From NCBI GenBank assembly GCA_030390025.1, contig JASTWF010000193.1, positions 558,001 through 622,000 of the forward strand: a stretch of 64,000 nt of DNA. The letters run 5' to 3'. Position numbers and translations under genes: made by a program. This document shows, in pieces, positions 25,130 through 38,098 of the stretch. The notes beneath the pieces are model-generated. The model worked only from the letters and a program-made list of their open reading frames with translations. It did no database searches and had not been told where the DNA came from. The DNA comes from Squalus acanthias (taxonomy: Eukaryota). How positions within the stretch are numbered: position 1 is the first letter of the stretch; each line of letters begins with the position of its first letter.

Positions 25130-27410
25130 AATACAGTAGCCTAGTGACGATAGTACTGGACGAGTATCCCAAAGGTGTTGAGTCCAAATTCCAACATGGG
25201 AAGTTGAAAATTGAAATCAGTAAATCTGATAAGAACATAAGAACATTAGAAATAAGGGCAGGAGTAGGCCATACGGCCCCTCGAGCCTGCTCTACCATTC
25301 AGTAAGATCATGGCTGATCATCAACCTCAACTCCACTTTCCTGCCCGATCTCCAAATCCCTTGATTCCCCTAGAGTCCAAAAGTCTATCTATCTCAGCCT
25401 TGAATATACTCAAAGACTCAGCATTCACAGCCCTCTGAGGGAGAGAATTCCAAAGATTCACAACCCTCTGAGTGAAGAAATTCCTCCTAATCTCAGTCTT
25501 AAATGGCCTACCTCTTATCCTGAGATTATGCCTCCTAGTTCCAGACACTCCACCCAGGGGAAACAACCTCTCAGCATCTACCCTGTCAATCCCCTTCAGA
25601 ATCTTGTATGTTTCAATGAGATCACCTCTCATTCTTCAAAACTCCAGAGAGTATAGGCCTATTCTACACAATCTCTCATCATAGGACAGCCATCTCATCC
25701 CAGGAATCAATCTAGTGAACCTTCGTTGCACCGCCTCCAAGTAAGTATATCCTTCCTTAGATAAGGAGACAAAACTCTGCACAGTACTCCAGGTGTGGTC
25801 GCACCAAGGCCTTGTACAATTGTAGCAAGACTTTCTTACTCTTATACTCCAACCCCCTTGCAATAAAGGCCAACATGCCATTTGCCTTCCTTATTGCTTG
25901 CTGTACCTGCATGCTAGCTTTTTGTGTTTCTTGCACGAGGACACCAAAATCTCTCTGAACACCAACATTTGAAAGTTTCTCACCATTTAAAATATATTCT
26001 GTTTTTCTATTCTTCCTATCAAAGTGAATAATCTCACATTTCCCTACATTATTCTCCATCTGCCACCATACTGCCCACTGACTTAGTCTATCTATATCCC
26101 CTTGCAGACTCTTTGAGTTCTCCTCACAGCTTACTTTCCCAACTAGCTTTGTATCATCAGCAAATTCGGTCCCTTCATCTAGGTCATTAATATAGATTGT
26201 AAATAGCTGAGGCCCCAACACTGATCCTTGCGGCACCCCACTAGTTACAGCCTGCCAACCTGAAAAAGATCCGTTTTTCCCTACTCTCTGTTTTCTGTCC
26301 GTTAACCAGTCCTCTATCCATGCTACTATATTACCCCCAACCCCATGAGTCCTAATCTGGTGTAATAACCTTTTATGTGGCACCTTATCGAATGCCTTTT
26401 GGAAGTCCAAATATATTACACGCACTGGTTCCCCTTTATCTACCCTGCTCGTGACATCCTCAAAAAACGCTAATTAATTTGTCAAACACGATTTCCCTTT
26501 CATAAAACCATGTTCACTCTGCCTAATCATGTTATGATTTTCGAAGTGACTTGATACCACTTCCTTAACAATGGATTCCAGCATTTTGCCGACGACTGAT
26601 GTCAGGCTAATTGGCCTGTAGTTCCCTGTTTTTTCTCTGCCTCCTTTCTTAATTAGCGGTGTTACATTTGCGAACTTCCAGTCTGCTGGGACCATTCCAG
26701 AATCTAGGGAATTTTTGAAGATCAAAACCAATGCATCCGCTATCTCTTCAGTCACCGCTTTTAAAACCCTGGGATATAGGTCTTCAGGTCCAGGGGATTT
26801 GTCGGCTTTTATTCCCATCAGTTACTCTTGTACTTTTTCTCTACTTATATTAATTACGGTAAGTTCCTCATCCTCATTAGACCCTTGGTTCTCCACCAGT
26901 TTGGGTATGCTTTTTGTGCCTTCTACTGTGAAGACAGATACAAAATATTTGTTTAACGTTTAGGCCATTTTCTTTTTCCCCGTAATAATTTCTCCTGTCT
27001 CAGCCTCTAAGGGACTGACATTTACTTTTGCTACTCTTTTTCTTTTTACATACTTGTAGAATCTCTTACAATCTGCTTTTATATTTCTTGCTAGTTTTCG
27101 GTCATATTCTATTTTTTCCCTTTTTATCAACTTTTTTGGTTAACCTTTGCTGGTTTCTGAAACTGTCCCAATCCTCAGGCTTACTTTGTGGACTATCACC
27201 AAGAAAAAATGCTACAGAAGCTGGCGGATTATCATAAAAACCGAACCGTTTCACTAATGTCTTACAGAGAAGGAGACCTGACACTCTCTATTTTGTCTGG
27301 CCTACAAGTGATTTTATCCCACCCAACATAGCTGGCTCTTAATGCAGTCAAGGCAATTAGGGATGGACAATAAATGCTGGCTTGCCAGAGTCGCTCACAT
27401 AGGAAGAACA
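25130..27410 (+). mobile_element. tRNA-derived SINE (family B tail) split by a CR1 insertion: 25130-25228 plus 27182-27410
   Basis: tRNA-like head before the CR1; tail aaggcaattagggatggacaataaatgctggc after it. Confidence 0.6.
25229..27181 (-). mobile_element. 5'-truncated CR1 LINE (RT and 3' UTR)
   Basis: [36 protein letters not shown]; terminal (ttatgttc)n repeat. Confidence 0.93.
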
Positions 27411-28184
27411 AATCATAACATCTTATAATACGCTTGCAGTTATATATATTACTGGTTTACTGATTTATTATCAGTTTCTTTGCATATTTGATGAATAATT
27501 GTAGTTTACAAACAGTTAACAGTCATTTAATGAATGACACTTGTGCCTTGATAATTCTTCGTGTCAGTCTCAAGCCTAACCCAAACCTACTAGATCTAAT
27601 CTACAGTCTCTTCACTCTTAGTTGGTTTCCATCTTTAGACATTCTTAGTTATAACAACTACTGAAATCTGAAATCACATCTCAGTTCAACTTTGGGCGGG
27701 TAAGCGCACACACTATACAGAAGTCTGCCCAATCTTCCCTCCGTATAAAGGAATGAATGGACAATCAGAAAGCTCCGTTTGGGGAAAGCGCTCTACTCCA
27801 CCGGAGGTTTTCATGTATTCACTGCAACAGAAAATTCAACAGCTCCCAGGTGCAGAGACGGGAACATCTGGCCCACATCCATCGAATGTGAATGAAAGAA
27901 TCCATTCGGGGTTCCTGATGATACTTCTTTGCTGCATCTATAGGACTGATACTGAGGGGTTGAGTTAAATGTGCATTACATGTTGCTTCATACACAAACA
28001 GGAAAAAGCTTCATTTAGGCGGAACATAAAGAACGGATTGGCTAAGTTTTGTAGTGAAGTCTTGAAATTAAAGTTATGTCAGGTAAGCACTGTGACACAC
28101 CACTGGGACACCGTCAGATATAATCTGAGATGATCTAAAATGTACAGAATCTATAGCACAGCGAGAGTCATAACCTGAACAATT

Positions 28185-28610
28185 ATGGAACCTTACAGCA
28201 TAGGAGGAGGCCTTTCGGCCAATCTAGCCTGTGCCGGCTCTTTGAAAGAGCTTTTGAAATAGTCGCACTCCCCTGCTTTATCCCCAAAGCCTGCAATTAT
28301 CTTCCCTTCAAGTATTTATACATTTCCCGTTTGAAAGTTATAATTGAATCTGTTTCCATCACACTTTCATGCAGTGCATTCCAGATCACAACAACTCACT
28401 GCGTAAAATAAACTCTCCTCATCTCACCTGTGGTTCTTTTGCCAACTACCATAAATCTGAGTCATTTGGTTACATGACCCTTTTTTCAGTGGAAACAGTT
28501 GCTCCTTATTTACTCTGCCACATCCCTTCATGATTTTCATCATGTCTATTACAGCTTAACCATCTCTGCTCGAAGGAGAACAATCATAGCTTCTCTAGTC
28601 TCCCCACAGA
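28185..28610 (-). mobile_element. CR1 3' fragment
   Basis: Reverse complement of the CR1 ORF2 end and 3' UTR. Confidence 0.7.
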
Positions 28611-29039
28611 ATCACTGACAAAACATTTAGTGTCACTGTTGCTATAGATAGGGGCAAACAAATTAAATATCACGAGTTAGATAAGTAGGATGGAATATCA
28701 GACGAAGCCTTAGTGTACGAATCTGTGTTCATAATTCTCTACGTCCTTGCTTGCAGATGATGAATTACAGGAAGGAGAACATGTGGGGGTAATTTTAACC
28801 TAACCCGGCGGGAACGGGGCGAGTTTGGGTCAGACGCCTGTTTCCTAGTCGCCAGATTTGAATTCAGTAGAAGAATTACAATACAACACATTTGACTTGA
28901 TTATCAAACGGTAGAATATACAGGTTGCAATATATAATTTGCTCATTTTTGGACATCCCACTTTATGTCACTTAAATTAAATGTTTTCCAGTCACTTCAC
29001 CATCGCCTGTTTTGCGCTGGGCCAGAGACCAATTTCCCC

Positions 29040-30290
29040 CTGGAGAATATAATATAAAATAGACAGCATGGATTTGTAAAAGGAAGGCCATGTTTAACTA
29101 ACCTTATTGAATAAGTTGAATTACTAATGGAAAGAATACACAAGGGCAATGCAGTAGGTGTGATCTACATGGACATTCAAAAGGCCTTCAATAAGGTGCT
29201 CGATAAGAAGCTCATGGCAAGTGTCAGAGCCTGTAGAGTCAGAGGTCAAGTGTCAGAATGAATTGAAAGATTGTTAGAATACAGAAAATGGGGGTGGGTG
29301 ATAAGGGAAGTTTCCCAGACTGTCAGAAAGTGGGAAGTGTTGTCCCGCAGGGATCTGTGCTCGGACCACTGTTGTCCACCTTAAACGTCACTGATTTGGA
29401 CTCAGAGTGTCGATGTATGTGGGATGATTTGAATTTGTTGATCAGCCATCCATTATACATTTCCTGGGAGGTGTTTCCCTCCTGGTGTCGAAATTTGCAC
29501 ATGATACCAATTGGGGTGTGCAGCCAATAATGTGGAGGACTGCACGAAAATACAAGAAGACACAAACAGGCTTGCAGAGTGGGCAGATGAATGACAAATG
29601 AAATTCAATATAGCAAAGTGTGTGGTGGGTCATTTTGGTAGGAGGAATAAGGAGGTTAACATTCCTTGGAAGGTAAGACACTAAATGTGGTAGAGGAGCA
29701 AACAGATCTGGAAACACAGATGCACAAATCCTTCGAAGTAGCAACGGAAGCTGATACGACAATAAAAAGTGCAAACAAAGTACTGAGGCTCATTTCTAGC
29801 AGAATATAACATAAAACTGGGAAGTCATGTTACATTTATACAGAGTCTTGGTTAGACCAGACTTGGAGTACTGTGGATGTTCTGGTCTCCATGCTACAAA
29901 AAGGATATTGAAGAACTGGGGAATGTACAGAAAATATTTGCAAGGATGTTATCAGAATTGGGAGGACAGAACTATCAGGAAAGATTGGACTGGGCTGGGG
30001 CTGGTTTCTTGTAGACACTTACAGATTAAGTAAAGAATTTTGGAGGCATTTCCTTACAAACAGAGTGCTGAGAATGTGGAACTCGCTGCCCCGTGGAAAG
30101 GTTGAAGCAGAGAGCATTGCTATATTTAAGAATGGGCTTGATACATACCTGAGGGAGGAGGGAATATAAGGATATATAGGGGCAGGGTTTGAAGCAGTAA
30201 TTAGATTAGGATAACGCCCCTGTGGTGTATAAACACCAGATAGACCAGTGAGGCGAATGGCCTGTTTCTGTGTTGAAGATTCTAACTTGT
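29040..30290 (+). mobile_element. Old degenerate CR1 RT fragment
   Basis: QHGFVKG, VPQGSVLGPLL, LVRPDLEYC; CR1 tail. Confidence 0.85.
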
Positions 30291-32373
30291 AATTCCATGT
30301 AATCGGTTCAGACAAAACGGATGCAGAAGCTTGGTGGAGTCACGGCAGAGCACTAGGTATCGGAGGAGTAATTGGATTCACTCTGATATCAAATTTTGTT
30401 CTGTACGAATATAAAATAACAGAAAATTAAATAAATAAGTTTACAGTTTAAAGTGCTCATAAAACGATTGTTGTGCTCTCAGGGAACTGTGAAGTTCAAC
30501 AGAATGTTTTTTTGAGTAAGATTTACAAATGGAATGCTAATTCTTTCAGAGGAAGTGAAACTACAAGAGGAAGAGCCTCCAGACGTGAATCATTCTGGCC
30601 GCCCACAGTTATATACGTGTCACAAAACCTAGGGCTCGCATTGAAAAATAATATTGTAAAATGCTGATGTCTTAATGTAGAGACTAGTAAATGGATAAAA
30701 TGCCAATTTCAGCCACGGGACCATGAGAGTCTTTGGGAAAGTGGAAACATGGGAAAGTTAGATAAGTTAGTGGGACAGTCTGGTTTAAAAAGACTTAAAC
30801 AGTTGCTGGGAGAAATGTAATTCTACGTCTTTCCCTGGTTTGGTTTTTACACTTTCTCTCTGAATTTGCCTCTCATTCTATGACCTCGCCCTCCTCTAGG
30901 GGAGGTGGTACCTGATGCTGAGACAGAGTTCTGCGGGTGCCTGCCTCCTCTCCCATTTCTTTCATGAGATCACCGTTCAGGTGTGAGCCCATAGAATGAG
31001 AGTAAGCAGGACATTCCATTGTGAGGGGCAGTGCAGCGCAGCACAGACCGATCCAACATAGGTGCCCAAGGATCTTCTAGCGGCTGTTCTCTCAATATCG
31101 AACAACAATGTGTACCTGGGATCTGCCAGCCCATAACACGGGGGCTAATTCTAATCCCACATCCCACCAGGCCGCAGCCTTGGATGAAATAACAACCTCA
31201 ACACAGGTCAGAGGGACACATCTACTCGTTGTTGGAGACGGAAAATAACAACAAAGCAACATTTTGCAATTGCCCACCTTGAAGAAATACTGTGCGTATT
31301 CACGACAAAATGTTGCAACTTGTTTCACTAACCACTCATAAAGGTTACAGTTCTGTTTACAAACCGTGAAAATGCAACCAAGAAACCACTGCTTCTGATA
31401 TCACTGTTGACCTTGCCTGGCATTGCACACAAGGTGATGACCAAGTGGTAGATTTCCGTCTTCACCGCCTGGATGTTAAGCCTCGCCTGGCGGAGCACAG
31501 AGTAAAACCAGATGGAGAGGCTCCCACACAATTTGCAGAACCCGCCTGATTTCCCTTCTATTGAACATCTAGCACCGAGTGTATTATTCCAGTGAGGTGG
31601 GTTCGAGGCTTGGGGAAAACTGGACCAAGGCGACCAGACATCATTCATCTCCATCTATCTGTGATTCATGCCTTCTCTCCTTACTGATAGAAACCTTTGG
31701 TTTTACATAACTCATAGTTATATGAGAAGATTTAGGGTCATTTAGGAAGTGGTAAAATTGAGACGGTTGGAGCAATGGGTGTTTTTCCTAGAATAATTCA
31801 GTCCCATTTGAAAGCCACTACATTCGGTCTTTATTTTCACTCAGTACTTTGACTTTATATTTTACAGTTTGGTTTTACAGCGCAGAAGCACAAAATAATG
31901 TCAGTTCAAGTGTAAAGTAAGCTGGAATAAAAAAAAATATTAACCCACACGCCGCTGCTGCAATGACAGCCGCAGTTTAGGGCAATTTTAACCTAAATGG
32001 CTGGGCGGGATCCCACGGGGAGGGTGGAAGGCTGCGTTACCGCTCCCGCGCAATATTACTCTCCACTGATTTCAATGGAGTGTAAAATTGGGCGCGGTGT
32101 AAAACCAGCGTTGCCCCCGATCCCGCTAGTTGCTCGGCCGGGCCGTCTAGAATAAAATTGGACCACGTGGTCAGAAAGGGTTTAATTGCCGTGATATGAA
32201 CTTCACTGGCTCACAGTATTGAGCTTCAAGTTTATTACTCGATTCTCTGCGGCAACGAGGGCGTTTTCCGCTAGATTCAGGCAATATATTTATTGCCTGC
32301 TGAGTTTTTCCAGCGTTTTCTGTTGTTATTTCGGATTTCCAGCATCCGCAGTATTTTGCTATCGTATTAGTGT

Positions 32374-35151
32374 TTGGTTCACTGCCACCTCTCTTCTTGG
32401 AATGCCTACCTTGAAGAAGTTCTGCTCTTCTCTTCGAGGGATTTCCGTTTGGCTCTTCAACCTTGTTCATCTTCATTGATTTCAGTTTCCCTTCTCGTGT
32501 TTGATCAGGTATCTGCCAAGACTCGGTTTCACAGCCACATTACTTTCCTCAGCAACTGTCTCCGGTTCCGACTTATCCCACGCGGATTCCAACTAAACTT
32601 CCACCCTTTGTGTTTCGGATCCACCCAGGATTACAAATATCTCCAAGATATTCATCGTTCCTCGAACTACTGCTCTCGCCGCATCTTGAGATCCACGCTC
32701 AACGCCATGCGGCGCCACATGAACACTCTCGACATCTCTTTTCAGCAGCACCGACGCACTCTATCTCAAAGCTGTCCGGGTCCACAGTTCCATTTCATCC
32801 TTAGACTCATCCGACGCTTCAACCAAAAACTTTTCTTCTTCCTTTCTGCGGTCAAGGATCACAAGCTTCAACAACTCTTGGACACTAAAGCCCCTCCGGA
32901 ACCTTCTTCCCCTTCACTTTCCTCTGACACCCCTTCTCCCAATCTCACCCCCTGCCGCGTTTTCACTATCCCCTCTGATCTTCCCCTCTCTGACTCCGAA
33001 CGATCAGTCCTCAGCAAAGGCCTGAGCTTCATCCCCTTACGCCCCCATCTCAATGAATTTCGAGCTCGGCACGATGCTGAGCTCTTTTTCCGCCGCCTCC
33101 GTCTCCGTGCCCACTTCTCTGGCCAGGAGTCTTCCCCCCGCACGGCTGACCCTTTCTCCCGCTTTCAGAATTCTCGTTCCACCTGGACCCCTCCCTCTGG
33201 CCTCTTACCCTCTCTTGATCTTTTCATTGCTAACTGCCACCGTGACATTGGCCAGCTCAATTTCTCTGCTCCCCTCACTCACTCCAACCTACCTCCCTCT
33301 GAACTTGCAGCACTCCATTCTCTCCGATCCAACCCTGACATTGTCATTAAACCTGCTGACAAGGGTGGCGCTGTTGTTGTTTGGCGAACCGACCTCTACC
33401 TAGCGGAAGTTGAACGCCAACTCTCTGACACCTCCTCCTACCTCCACCTGGACCATGACCCCACTACCGAACATCAAGCCACCGTGTCCAAGACTGTCAC
33501 TGACCTCATCTCCTCTGAAGATCTTCCCCCCACGGCCGCCAACCTCATAGTTCCCCAACCCCGCACAGCCCGCTTCTACCTCCTTCCCAAGATCCACAAA
33601 CAGGACTGCCCCGGTAGACCCATCGTTTCAGCCTGTTCTTGCCCCACGGAACTTATCTCTTCCTATCTCGACTCTATTTTTTCTCCCCTTGTCCAGTCTC
33701 TTCCCACCTACATCCGCGACTCTTCCGATGCCCTCCGCCATTTTAACAGTTTCCAGTTTCCCGGCCCCAACCGTCTCCTCTTCACTATGGACGTACAATC
33801 CCTCTACACCTCCATTCCCCACCAGGATGGCCTGAGGGCGCTCCGCTTCTTCCTTGAACAGAGGGCCAACCAGTCCCCATCCACCACCACCCTCCTCCGC
33901 CTGGCTGAACTTGTTCTCACATTGAACAACTTCTCCTTTGACTCTACCCATTTCCTCCAAATTAAAGGTGTTGCTATGGGTACCCGCATGGGTCCTAGCT
34001 ATGCCTGCCTTTTCGTGGGATATGTGGAACACTCTTTGTTCCAGTCCTACTCGGGTCCCCTCCCTCACCTCTTTTTCCGGTACATTGATGACTGTATCGG
34101 TGCCGTCTCCTGCTCTCGCCCTGAACTAGAACATTTCATTCACTATGCTTCCAATTTCCACCCTTCCCTCACCTTCACATGGTCCATCTCCGACTCTTCC
34201 CTTCCCTTCCTCGACTTCTCCATCTCCATCTCTGGGGATAGGTTATTGACTAACATTCACTACAAGCCCACTGACTCCCACAGCTACCTGGACTACACTT
34301 CCTCCCACCCCGCCTCCTGTAAGGACTCTATTCCATTCTCCCAGTTTCTCCGTCTCCGCCGCATCTGCTCTGATGATGCCACCTTCCATACCAGTGCTTC
34401 CGACATGTCTTCCTTTTTCCTCAACCGAGGATTCCCCTCTACCGTGGTCGACACGGCCCTCGACCGTGTCCGTTCTATCTCCCGCACATCTGCCCTCACC
34501 CCTGCCCCTCCCTCCCGGAACCACGATAGGGTTCCCCTTGTCCTCACCTTTCACCCCACCAGCCTCCACATTCAACGGATCATCCTCCGCCATTTCCGCC
34601 ACCTCCAGCGTGATCCCACCACCAAACACATCTTCCCCTCACCTCCCCTTTCAGCATTCCGTAGGGACCGCTCCCTCCGCGACACCCTAGTCCAGTCCTC
34701 TACCACCCCCAGCACCCCTTCCCCTTCGCCCGGCACCTTCCCGTGCACGCGCAGGAGATGCAACACATGCCCTTATACCTCCCCTCTTCCCACTGTCCAG
34801 GGCCCCAAACACCCCTTCCAGGTGAAACAGCGATTTACTTGTACTTCCTGCAATTTAGTATACTGTATTCGCTGCTCACGATGTGGACTCCTCTACATTG
34901 GGGAGACCAAACGCAGATTGGGTGACCGCTTTGCAGAACACCTCCGTTCAGTCCGTAAGGGGGACCCCGAGCTCCCGGTGGCCTGTCACTTTAATTCACC
35001 GCTTCACTCCCACTCTGACCTCACCGTCCTCGGCCTATTACACTGTTCCACGGAAGCTCAGCGTAAGCTCGAGGAACAGCACCTCATCTTTCGTTTAGGC
35101 ACGCTACAGCCCTCTGGACTCAATATCGAGTTCAACAATTTTAGATCATAA
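32374..35151 (+). CDS. Penelope RT plus GIY-YIG endonuclease polyprotein (true start uncertain; possibly ATG 32402 with a 1-nt deletion)
   Basis: KPADKGG, LPKIHK..PGRPIVS, MDVQSLYTSIP, GVAMGTRMGP, RYIDD; Cys linker CTRRRCNTC; VYCIRCSRCGLLYIGET..R..EH. Confidence 0.93.
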   Translation: MVHCHLSSWNAYLEEVLLFSSRDFRLALQPCSSSLISVSLLVFDQVSAKTRFHSHITFLSNCLRFRLIPRGFQLNFHPLCFGSTQDYKYLQDIHRSSNYCSRRILRSTLNAMRRHMNTLDISFQQHRRTLSQSCPGPQFHFILRLIRRFNQKLFFFLSAVKDHKLQQLLDTKAPPEPSSPSLSSDTPSPNLTPCRVFTIPSDLPLSDSERSVLSKGLSFIPLRPHLNEFRARHDAELFFRRLRLRAHFSGQESSPRTADPFSRFQNSRSTWTPPSGLLPSLDLFIANCHRDIGQLNFSAPLTHSNLPPSELAALHSLRSNPDIVIKPADKGGAVVVWRTDLYLAEVERQLSDTSSYLHLDHDPTTEHQATVSKTVTDLISSEDLPPTAANLIVPQPRTARFYLLPKIHKQDCPGRPIVSACSCPTELISSYLDSIFSPLVQSLPTYIRDSSDALRHFNSFQFPGPNRLLFTMDVQSLYTSIPHQDGLRALRFFLEQRANQSPSTTTLLRLAELVLTLNNFSFDSTHFLQIKGVAMGTRMGPSYACLFVGYVEHSLFQSYSGPLPHLFFRYIDDCIGAVSCSRPELEHFIHYASNFHPSLTFTWSISDSSLPFLDFSISISGDRLLTNIHYKPTDSHSYLDYTSSHPASCKDSIPFSQFLRLRRICSDDATFHTSASDMSSFFLNRGFPSTVVDTALDRVRSISRTSALTPAPPSRNHDRVPLVLTFHPTSLHIQRIILRHFRHLQRDPTTKHIFPSPPLSAFRRDRSLRDTLVQSSTTPSTPSPSPGTFPCTRRRCNTCPYTSPLPTVQGPKHPFQVKQRFTCTSCNLVYCIRCSRCGLLYIGETKRRLGDRFAEHLRSVRKGDPELPVACHFNSPLHSHSDLTVLGLLHCSTEAQRKLEEQHLIFRLGTLQPSGLNIEFNNFRS

Positions 35152-35428
35152 CCTCAGCTCCAATCACATTTATATTTTATTTTATCCACCCTTTTATTTG
35201 TCCCCCCCCACCTTTTTTTTCCTCCTAGAAGCTGGCAGCTGTCCTTCATTCTGCCAGTGGATTTCACACTTCATTCAGCCTTAATCTGTCACATTAACAC
35301 CACCTCTAGCCTTGCATATCTCTTAATGTCACTTAATGTCTCTCCATCTCCCCCTTTGTTCCTTTATCCCCTCCCCCTTTTCCCAGCTTTACCCTGGCCT
35401 TAAATCTATTTGATTTCCGGCTCTTCCC

Positions 35429-35465
35429 AGTTCTGATGAAAGGTCATCGACCTGAAACGTTAACT
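35429..35465 (+). ncRNA. Minimal type I hammerhead ribozyme in the Penelope 3' pseudo-LTR
   Basis: AGTT-CTGATGA-A-AGGTC-ATC-GACCT-GAAA-CGT-T-AACT: conserved core, stem II, palindromic ACGT stem III, stem I AGTT/AACT. Confidence 0.85.
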
Positions 35466-35594
35466 CTCTTTCTCTCTCCACGGATGCTGCCTGGCCTGCT
35501 GAGTTTTTCCAGCGTTTTCTGTTGTTATTTCGGATTTCCAGCATCCGCAGTATTTTGCTATCCCAATATATTTATTGTTATCAATTATACAACA

Positions 35595-36420
35595 TAACCC
35601 CCGGAGCGCTGCTTTAAACATATTTCTAACCGCCCGCCGTGTGTTGTCCATGGCCACATGGCGCAGGCCTTGGACTGTGAGTCAGTTTCGGTGCTGCTCA
35701 CGGTTCAGGGACAGCCCTGGACAATCAGTGACGTTTCTTTACTGCGATTGGACGGTGAGCTCCCGCACTGCCCACTTGTGAGTGAAGCTCGGCTCGGATT
35801 CATTCAAGGCGCTCAGTCTTGGTCTGTCACTGCGAGAGGCGGCCGCCGGACGGACGGACGGGACGGGACGGCATGTTTCTGTCACTTGTACTGAGTTTCT
35901 CCCGCCTACAAGCGGCCCTGTCTGGTGAGTAGCCGGTTCCCGCTGCATCATCGAATGTCTCCAGGCTCACCCTCTGATCTTAGACTGTAACCGACAGGCC
36001 TGTCGGTCACATCAGGTGTTTCACACAGGGAAACTGGACAGTGTGTGCGGAAGTGAAGCGATGAAGCGGGATTGGAATCTCCATCCTGCTTCTCAGGCTC
36101 GCTTCTCCCTCTGCTTGGATTAGATGATGTCCATTACTGTCCGGACAGCCTGACATTACCGCTCAATTACTGTGACAGCTTGTATGTTCGCTCTGATAAG
36201 CAGGAGGGAGACGGACAGTGTGTTCCCTCTAAGCGGCTTGCGGGTACGGAAGTGTCAGTATAACTGCGAGCCCCGTCCCGACCTGACCCCCAGAGTGACC
36301 CAGAGACGAGCGGCGAGACTCCTGCAGGAAAGCGGCTCAGTCGGTTCGGGTTCACACCTGTTTCAGTGTAACTCCAGCCGGCGGGAAGCTGCATTTTAAA
36401 AGCTTCGTTGTACCTCCTGG
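35595..36420. promoter_or_regulatory. CpG-rich island, possible promoter or non-coding first exon
   Basis: High CpG density in non-repeat sequence; consensus donor CTG|gtgagt at 35925. Confidence 0.45.
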
Positions 36421-37939
36421 GAACTTGGAAAACCTTTTAAAACTCCCAATAAACAGGACAATTCATTAAAAATACAGAGGGAGGGGTTCACTTTTATCAC
36501 AGGGGGAAACGGGTTCCAGCGACCCGGGAACCTCTTTTACACTTTCCGACTCGCTTTAGAATGAAGCTTTGAGGCGATCCGTGCAGGTTCGGGTGAAGAT
36601 TGAGCTCCCAGAGTTAACCTCTCTGTCTCTTTCACACTCACCTGCTGCATATTTGCAACATTTGCTGTTTGTAGCGGATTCCCACCATGTGCGGTTCCGT
36701 TCGGGCTCATGTTGACTCTGTGCGATGGTGTAAAGAGGGCGATAGCGAGTCTGACGCCCGTTTTCCATCTTTCTCCCCGTTTCCCCCCTTCTATTGAGTT
36801 CAACGGTAGTACACACCTGGAGAGCTGTAAAAGGGACTGCCGACTGGCTATCACCCGTTTTACTATCGCACAAAGTCAAGATCGAGCCCACTGACTGTTG
36901 GAATTGATCGGCGCCTGCTGCTCACAGCCTGGAGCTGTTCGGGGTGAACATCAGAGGCAGCTTTCGGCACCTGTTACAGCTGCTGCGGAAGAAAGAGAGA
37001 AAGAAAGACTTGCCTTTCTACAGCGCCTTTCACCACCTCAGGACATTAGGTGGAAGCCGATTTAACAGGAACTGTGAAAATGGAATTGGACAAACACTTA
37101 TAGGGAAAACAAAAATACATGGCTATGGGGAAAGAACAGGTGAATGGGACTGATTGACTCGTGCTGCCAAAGAGCCAAACACAGGCACTATGGGCCGAAT
37201 GGCCTCCGTCTGTGCTGTATCATTCCATGAATGGATGGTGTTAAAAAACAGATCAGCCATGATCTAAATGAATGGCTCGAGGGGCTGAATGGCCTCCTCC
37301 TGTACCTAAATTAATATTGGTGAAATTGGAGTTGAAATGCTGAACATGTTGGTATAACATTCCATTGCCTGTTATTTTAACTTGTTTAAAACCAGTGGGA
37401 TGTCCGCTGTGTTACAACAGTGGACAATAACATGTCTCACTAATATTGCCAACAGTAATTTTCGGCAGAACATGTACATGGTCCAGCGAGTGATAAGAGT
37501 CAATCAACAAGTGTATTTTAGCTTGGTCTGAAATTCCTCTTTTCACTATTTTAGCAGAGCCTCAATCTGTTCACAGCAGATAGAAAGGGAGGAGGGTTGA
37601 ATTTTCAGATTGAGTAGCTTGTAAACTTTCTATCACCCAGCAGAAACACTGGAAGTTACCAGCCTGTGATTGGCCTTTCATTGACCTCAACAGGGCGTGG
37701 CTGTATTTGCCAGTGAGGTTTGCCCCTGTTCTGAGAAGGTGCAAACACAGGATTGGAGATTGCTGCTGCTTTTAACAGCCAGCTCTATAATCGCTACCGA
37801 TCAGGTTCAGTGGGAAATATTCTCGCCGGTGCTTTCAATTTGTGTCCCAGTCTTCCTCCAGTTTCAAGTCTTTGCCATTGACCAGTGTGTTATTTTCTAA
37901 TCCAATTCTGCCCGCAGTTCCTAATGCTGGGAATAGAGC

Positions 37940-38098
37940 CAGAGATTCCCTCCCCAGTGACGGGAGGTGATTTCTTTCTCATTGGATAGAATGAGTTTCA
38001 CTGAACGAGATAAGCACAATAATGGGGGAGGGGTTCGGACATCTGCAAAACCTTCCCGTCTCGCTGTGCAGGGTTTTAACTGAGCGACTCCCTGAAAC
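37940..38098 (+). promoter_or_regulatory. Putative proximal promoter of the MHC class I gene
   Basis: kB-like gagattccc (about 37942), inverted CCAAT ATTGG (37981) and ISRE-like AGTTTCACT (37994) just upstream of the leader ATG; short motifs only. Confidence 0.35.

Larger units (their letters stand above)
32296..35563 (+). mobile_element. Penelope-like retroelement (Neptune type), near full length, young
   Basis: 68-bp identical terminal direct repeats (32296-32363, 35495-35562); 14-bp TSD caatatatttattg (32282-32295, 35564-35577); RT plus GIY-YIG ORF. Confidence 0.95.

Noticed and set aside
28002-28082. 81-nt ag..gt open segment (EKASFRRNIKNGLAKFCSEVLKLKLCQ) as an alpha2 remnant
   Set aside because: Wrong phase and length, and no convincing class I motifs.
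32868-34766. Antisense ORFs within the Penelope and LINE elements
   Set aside because: Shadow frames of a C/T-biased coding strand; no recognisable domains.
36585-36675. Minus-strand donor CAG|gtgagt implying a divergent gene
   Set aside because: Lies in sequence resembling a decayed Penelope pseudo-LTR; no partner exon found.
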